From positions 124,001-188,000 of the forward strand of contig BCKZ01000025.1 in NCBI GenBank assembly GCA_001600815.1: a DNA stretch of 64,000 nucleotides, in the 5' to 3' direction. The translations under genes were made by a program, and so were the position numbers. The notes under the pieces were generated by a model. It saw only the letters and a program-made list of their open reading frames with translations, was not told the DNA's origin and ran no database searches. The stretch's first letter is position 1; each line of letters starts with the position of its first letter. The DNA comes from Alloascoidea hylecoeti. Its lineage: Eukaryota. Shown here piece after piece: positions 58,645 to 64,000 of this stretch.

Positions 58645-61131
58645 TTATATCTCTTTTGCTTCTTTTGTATCATCAACACTTGCGAGGGCCCTTGAAGCTT
58701 GTTCTTGTGAGATATACCTTACACTTTTAACTTCAGAAAAAAAAACTCCCGAATAATCAGGAAATATGTGATCTCCACGTTTATGGCCAAAAATAGATTG
58801 ATGGCTAAATCTATGGCTTTTCCTTTTTTTCGTCCCTGTTGAACTTGGACTATCTTTACCAAAATCTTTTCTTCTTGGAGTCATAGGTTTTGTTATTCTA
58901 CCATTTAAAATACTAAGTGCGGGGGACAAAGGACTTCTTGCAACTGAATTTGGAGAATTTGAAATGAGTGTTTTATGGTGTAAAAAATCGAGATGTTTTG
59001 GACGTTTTGTTTTATAAGCTAATGTTGAAATTCCACCTGGTGAAGATTCTGGTGTAAACTTGAAACTATCTGTAAATGTCTTTTGAGTACTTGTGAATGA
59101 TTCAGAGAAAATATCATTATTGCTAACTTTAAATTTAAGTGGCTTCTCTAAAATCTTAGATTTAATACTTTCTTGATCACTTAAACTACTATGAGCACTT
59201 TTTATATCCTCTGTTTTTTCTCTCCTTAAACTTGAAGTTGGTGTATCATTATAATGTTGAATCTTATTATTAACAATTGCAAATGATGATCTATTTGATC
59301 TTGATTTCCTACTATTATCACTATTTGAAAAATTACTGTCCTTTGATTCTCTTGCTTTATTATGGCCTCGGTTTAAAAAGTTTTTCTTAAAAACTATTGG
59401 TGATAATGAATCGGATCTAAATAGGAATTGAGTTTTTTCAGACATTTTGGATAGCCATGAAAGACGATTTGAGTTAGCCGGTGATGAATTAGTTTGACTC
59501 TCTGATGACCTCCTTTTACTATGATACATCTTTTTTGGTGGATGTTGTGCGACATTATTAGAAGCAGAATTTGGAGTTGAATTAGTTGAATTAGAATGAG
59601 AATGAGAATGCAATCCGGAGCTTGATCTTGATCCTCCTATTGATTCTCGTAAGTTCAAGCTGGTTTGTAATGATAACTTTGGTTTTGATATACCTCCATT
59701 GTTGGCGCTAATTGTTCCTATATTAAAATTCGCCATTGTAGGGCTTCTATTCTTTAATATTTGATTTTGTTCATGCCTGCTAATATCTGCTCCTGATGAG
59801 CCAGCACTAAGGTTATTTCCATAGTAATCTTGTAACGATTTTCCTGCAAATTTCATATACAATAAATCAACAACAGAACTATGTCTTGTATGTGATGTTC
59901 GAAGATAACTTGGCACTGGACCAACTTCAAACTTATTAATTTCAATAGTTTCATCTGCAATATCCTTCGAATTTTCTTGATTTTCATTCTCATGTTTTTC
60001 GTTATTACTATGATTTAAGAATATCCTAGGAGGTTTTGGTTTAGTTCCTGCTAAAATTCCATCAATTCCAAGTCTTGAATCAATTGTATTATATTGTGAA
60101 TTACAAGGAGATTCAGAAATAGGTTCAAGAGTATTATTAAAACCTCTATTACCAATATTGCCAGCATTATTAAAAGTGACAACTGTATGCTCATCAATTT
60201 CAAATTTCTTCTTATTTTTGAAATATGATGCTATTAAAATAAATCCAATTAAAATTGCAATAAAACATAGAGGTATACTAATTGATATCTCTATAATCTG
60301 ACTTTTAGAAAGTCCACTACTTGATGATGTTGAAGTACCATTTGATTGTAGAGAGGAAGAAGGGTTTGTAGCTGAACTTGTTGTAGCTGCTGGGGCTGAT
60401 GTTGTTAAAGTATCCCCATATAGAGCAGTTAACGCTGTGAGATCAAGGGAAGCTTTTGTTTCTCCTTCATAAATGTCCGTGGTTGCTATTAGAAGAGAAT
60501 TTGAGTGAGACGAAATATCTATAGATTTGAATAAACTAATCCCCGAGATCATATTGTGTGTGCTTGAATCACTAGAACTATAGCTAGTGGTACCATAGAT
60601 AGATGTTTGGGATGGTGATACATTAGAGCTATATTTAGCTTCCGTAGATATGGACGATGTAGTTGTTGTAGATACAGATATAGAATTAGATATATGGCTA
60701 CTAATAGGCGCCTTGCTAGTACTTGAGCTTCTGGTTATATAAACTGTTGTAACTCTAGGTGTAGTAGTAGTAATATGGCTAGATGTGGTGGTTGTTTGGC
60801 TTATACTATAACTATTGCTGAAAGCTGGCACTGTGGATCTGGATGTTGTTTCAGAAGATATTGAGCTGGAAAATGATACTGAATTAGTGATTGCTATTAA
60901 CGTTGCTTGTAAAGTTTCGGAATCTTTATTTACTGATTGTGTTGATATTGCTGTATTTGAATTAGAAGCTGATTCTAGTACTAAAAATTCAGCATAAAAA
61001 TAGAATAAATTGTTAATAAATTATACTCATGGTCGAATATTGATCAAACAACTTTTAGTAGTCGGATTTGTAATTAAACACTTACTAGATACCGTGTCAG
61101 TCTCATATATCTCGTTGCTACTGGTACTCAT
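58645..61131 (-). CDS. Ser/Thr-rich single-pass membrane protein; predicted exons 61131-61086, 60980-58645
   Basis: GTAAGT(61085)..TAG(60981) intron links MSTSSNEIYETDTVS in frame to the long ORF; one TM (IIEISISIPLCFIAILIGFILIASYF) followed by KNKKK. Confidence 0.75.
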
Positions 61132-64000
61132 CTGGTAATTGAATTTAAAGTATTACTATATTAATATTAGAGCCTTTATAAATGACCTTTTTGGACCATA
61201 GTCAGCTCAAATATGAGGTATTATTTATGAAGCAAAAATACTCAGTCGTTAATATTAATATATATATATAACATATATATAATAGTTTGAAATGCGAATT
61301 ATATCCAGAGTGATATATATTTATTGGCGGGAATTAGAAGATATTGTAGAATTAAAGTTTTTCTTATATAAGAAGAAGAGCAGAAAAAGAAAACAGAAAA
61401 GAACGCGCCTGCTGCTGGTTCACCATCGAGGATATCATTACATTAATATATAATTTCTATAAATGTTCTATTTATACATGGTTTGTATATTATTAAGAGT
61501 GAACAATGTATATTTTGTATCTAGTTTAAGCATGTCCCTTAAGAAATGTGTCAAAATCTATAAAATCTATGTATTAAATGCAGTAATTCGAAAATGTAAT
61601 TGACGTCCTCCAAATATTCATATTTATTTCATCATTTGATACATAAACACATATAATTGAGAAATGTCTTAAGTTTAAGACCTATCAAAGGGTACAAAGA
61701 GTGGTACCTTGCATCGATAGTGCTGCAACTATCAGAATTTGAACAACTACTACTATAATTATATTTTAGAATTTAGCTCACACAAGTACTAACCTACAAT
61801 ATATCGTAGTTGATCCCAAATTTCCATGCAGCAATTAAGAATTGAGAGATATCATTATTAAAACATAATCTCTAACTCACAGTTAACGTTCAGAGAGGTC
61901 GACTCTGTGAACTTCAACAAAGCCGCGACAAAATATTGTAGTGAATAATACGCCCAGAACTTTGAAGTAAAACTGCATATAATTATTACTATGTCTTCGA
62001 AGCTTCAACGATATAACTACGTACAGCTGTTAACGTTATACATATCCTACATTGATATCGCATTTAAATATGAAGAACTCGAATACAAATCACTATGTAA
62101 CATATCTACTGATAATAGTCTAATAATGACATTACGACATATTCTGTGTCCAAAAGAACGATTGGCACATGTACTATGGTTACGTAATACGTATTGATTA
62201 AATAAACGATATCGATATAAGGTCTTATATCAGCTGTAGCTATTTATAGCTTAATGAGAGCCTATACCTAATAGCTAACAATGTTGATATTAAATATTAA
62301 ATAAATAATTTATGTATTTGAGTACAGTTAGCGTTATATTAACGATATCAAAAAATTTCAATTGCGCCAGAAAATAACTAAATGAAGTCCAAAAATTCAA
62401 TACTTTAGATTGTTGATATAACTTAGTTATAACGGATGAATTAGTCTCAGCTACAATTGGGTGAGACCTATATCTAGATATAATATTGTAGCGCTATCTA
62501 GCTACATTTCAATCTTCACCGAAAATGTTTCTATAACATTAAAGTGAGAGTTAATTTGAATCGTTTAATTTTGAAATTTCATAATTAATATAAAGTAAAT
62601 TTTAAAAGAAACCCAGTACAATTCTTAGATAATTTAATATTGGAGCCGTTTTCAGATACATATATACGCATATGACATCCTGAATATCAAAATTAGTTAA
62701 TGTGGGAAATATTTTTTATTCATGCTATGATTATTCATATACCGTTTAAGATAAAAACTGATAAAGTTCTAATTTCCTGTTTCTCACAGTTACGCCTAAA
62801 TCCAACAAAACAATTGAATCCATAACCAATTAATCATTCAAAATATCATTAGAGAGCCAGTGATATATATTAATCCAAGATCCTCTCCAGCCGTTTTTTT
62901 CTTGAGGTAGAATGATATCATTGGCCTCTTTGCATATTAATTGGTAACCCTATAGCTATTCAATTTAGAAGAATAGCCAAGTACCTCTCTAATCATATAA
63001 TTTTTATAGCGATTCGTAAACCCAGCCTAAAAAATTTCTCAATTACAACTAAAATAGGCCTAGCCAAAAAATTACTTTTTCTTCAAATTAGTTTCATAAA
63101 CGCCGATCCACACAAATGTTGTTAATAAACTGTTAATATTAATTTTCCAGTAAGCTGAAACATTGTTTATAAGTAAATCTTTCGATATTGCCTTAATGAT
63201 AATTATTTTCTCAATATAAACGTTTAACAACAAAATTTACTAAATTTCCCAATCATTTATTTACAGTAGATTTCTCATGGAAGTATCTGTGACATCCTGA
63301 TACCTCTTTACATATTGATCTTTTCCTCCCATAGTGACGAAAGATTTTGAACCAATTGCTATAGCCATAATCAATTATAATACAGTATATATATTAATTA
63401 AGAGAAAAAGCTACTCCTTAGCATCCGATCGCGAGTCCTATAACCGTTGCAGCAAATATTTCCTTACTTCAATTACAACTGTGTCAGGGCAATATCATAA
63501 TACGGAAATAATCGCAACTCATAAATCCGAATATATTTATTATACTCATAATAGTTGCAACAAAACCTAAAAGGTAGCTTTCTTCATTATTCATCTAATA
63601 CCTTATGGATATAACCACTTGTATATTTTGTTCCTTCTCCTCCTTGAGCTTCACAAACTCTTGCATAGTTTCATTTAATTGCTTAATATAAAGTTCTAAG
63701 CTCATTGTTGTGTCAGCGATTTTAAAGCGTTATAGGAAAATTATTGCTCTATTCTCAGTTATCTTATTATAAGTGGAAATCATCTACTCTATATATATGT
63801 AATTTATTTTACCCCTCAAAAATAATGTAGATCTTCTAGTCAACCCAATAGTATACTATGTTTGAAATATAAGGAAATGTAGAGCCTCTATTAGTTCACT
63901 TTACAATGCTTTTTGTTATTTTGTGATTATTCCTACTAAATTCAAATGAGATAAGATGACTATAGATCGCTATGAATCAAGCAAAATTGGACGAAGCTTA

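Overview
AT-rich, intron-containing ascomycete yeast chromosome segment. The gene set and the many short GT-AG introns with degenerate branch points suggest an early-diverging Saccharomycotina lineage (inference). About 22 intact genes can be read, many only after splicing by hand: ATP14, two tandem JLP1/TauD dioxygenases, an MFS transporter, a NIPA transporter, DCR2-like, KEI1-like, TRS33, OCA1, RAS, PHO23, a GIN4/HSL1-family kinase, DPP1-like, PPN1, PSP1-like, SMT3, SUI2, VTA1, SWI6/cdc10 and CAF120/SKG3-like. Several gene-poor turnover zones lie between them (14.5-17 kb, 31-32.8 kb, 34.8-40.4 kb, 45.7-49.3 kb, 61.2-64 kb). These zones hold a dispersed MITE-like repeat built from roughly 24-nt-spaced ACTwAwwTCGGCC units, a very divergent and tandemly duplicated Caf40/Rcd1-like gene, an inverted decayed copy of TRS33, a perfect 79-bp inverted repeat, a decayed putative PD-(D/E)xK nuclease(+kinase) ORF, and thioredoxin and GH17 pseudogenes. 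No in-frame AUG could be found for the RAS gene. No tRNA, rRNA or CRISPR array was seen. Family calls come from recalled motifs; no database searches were run.
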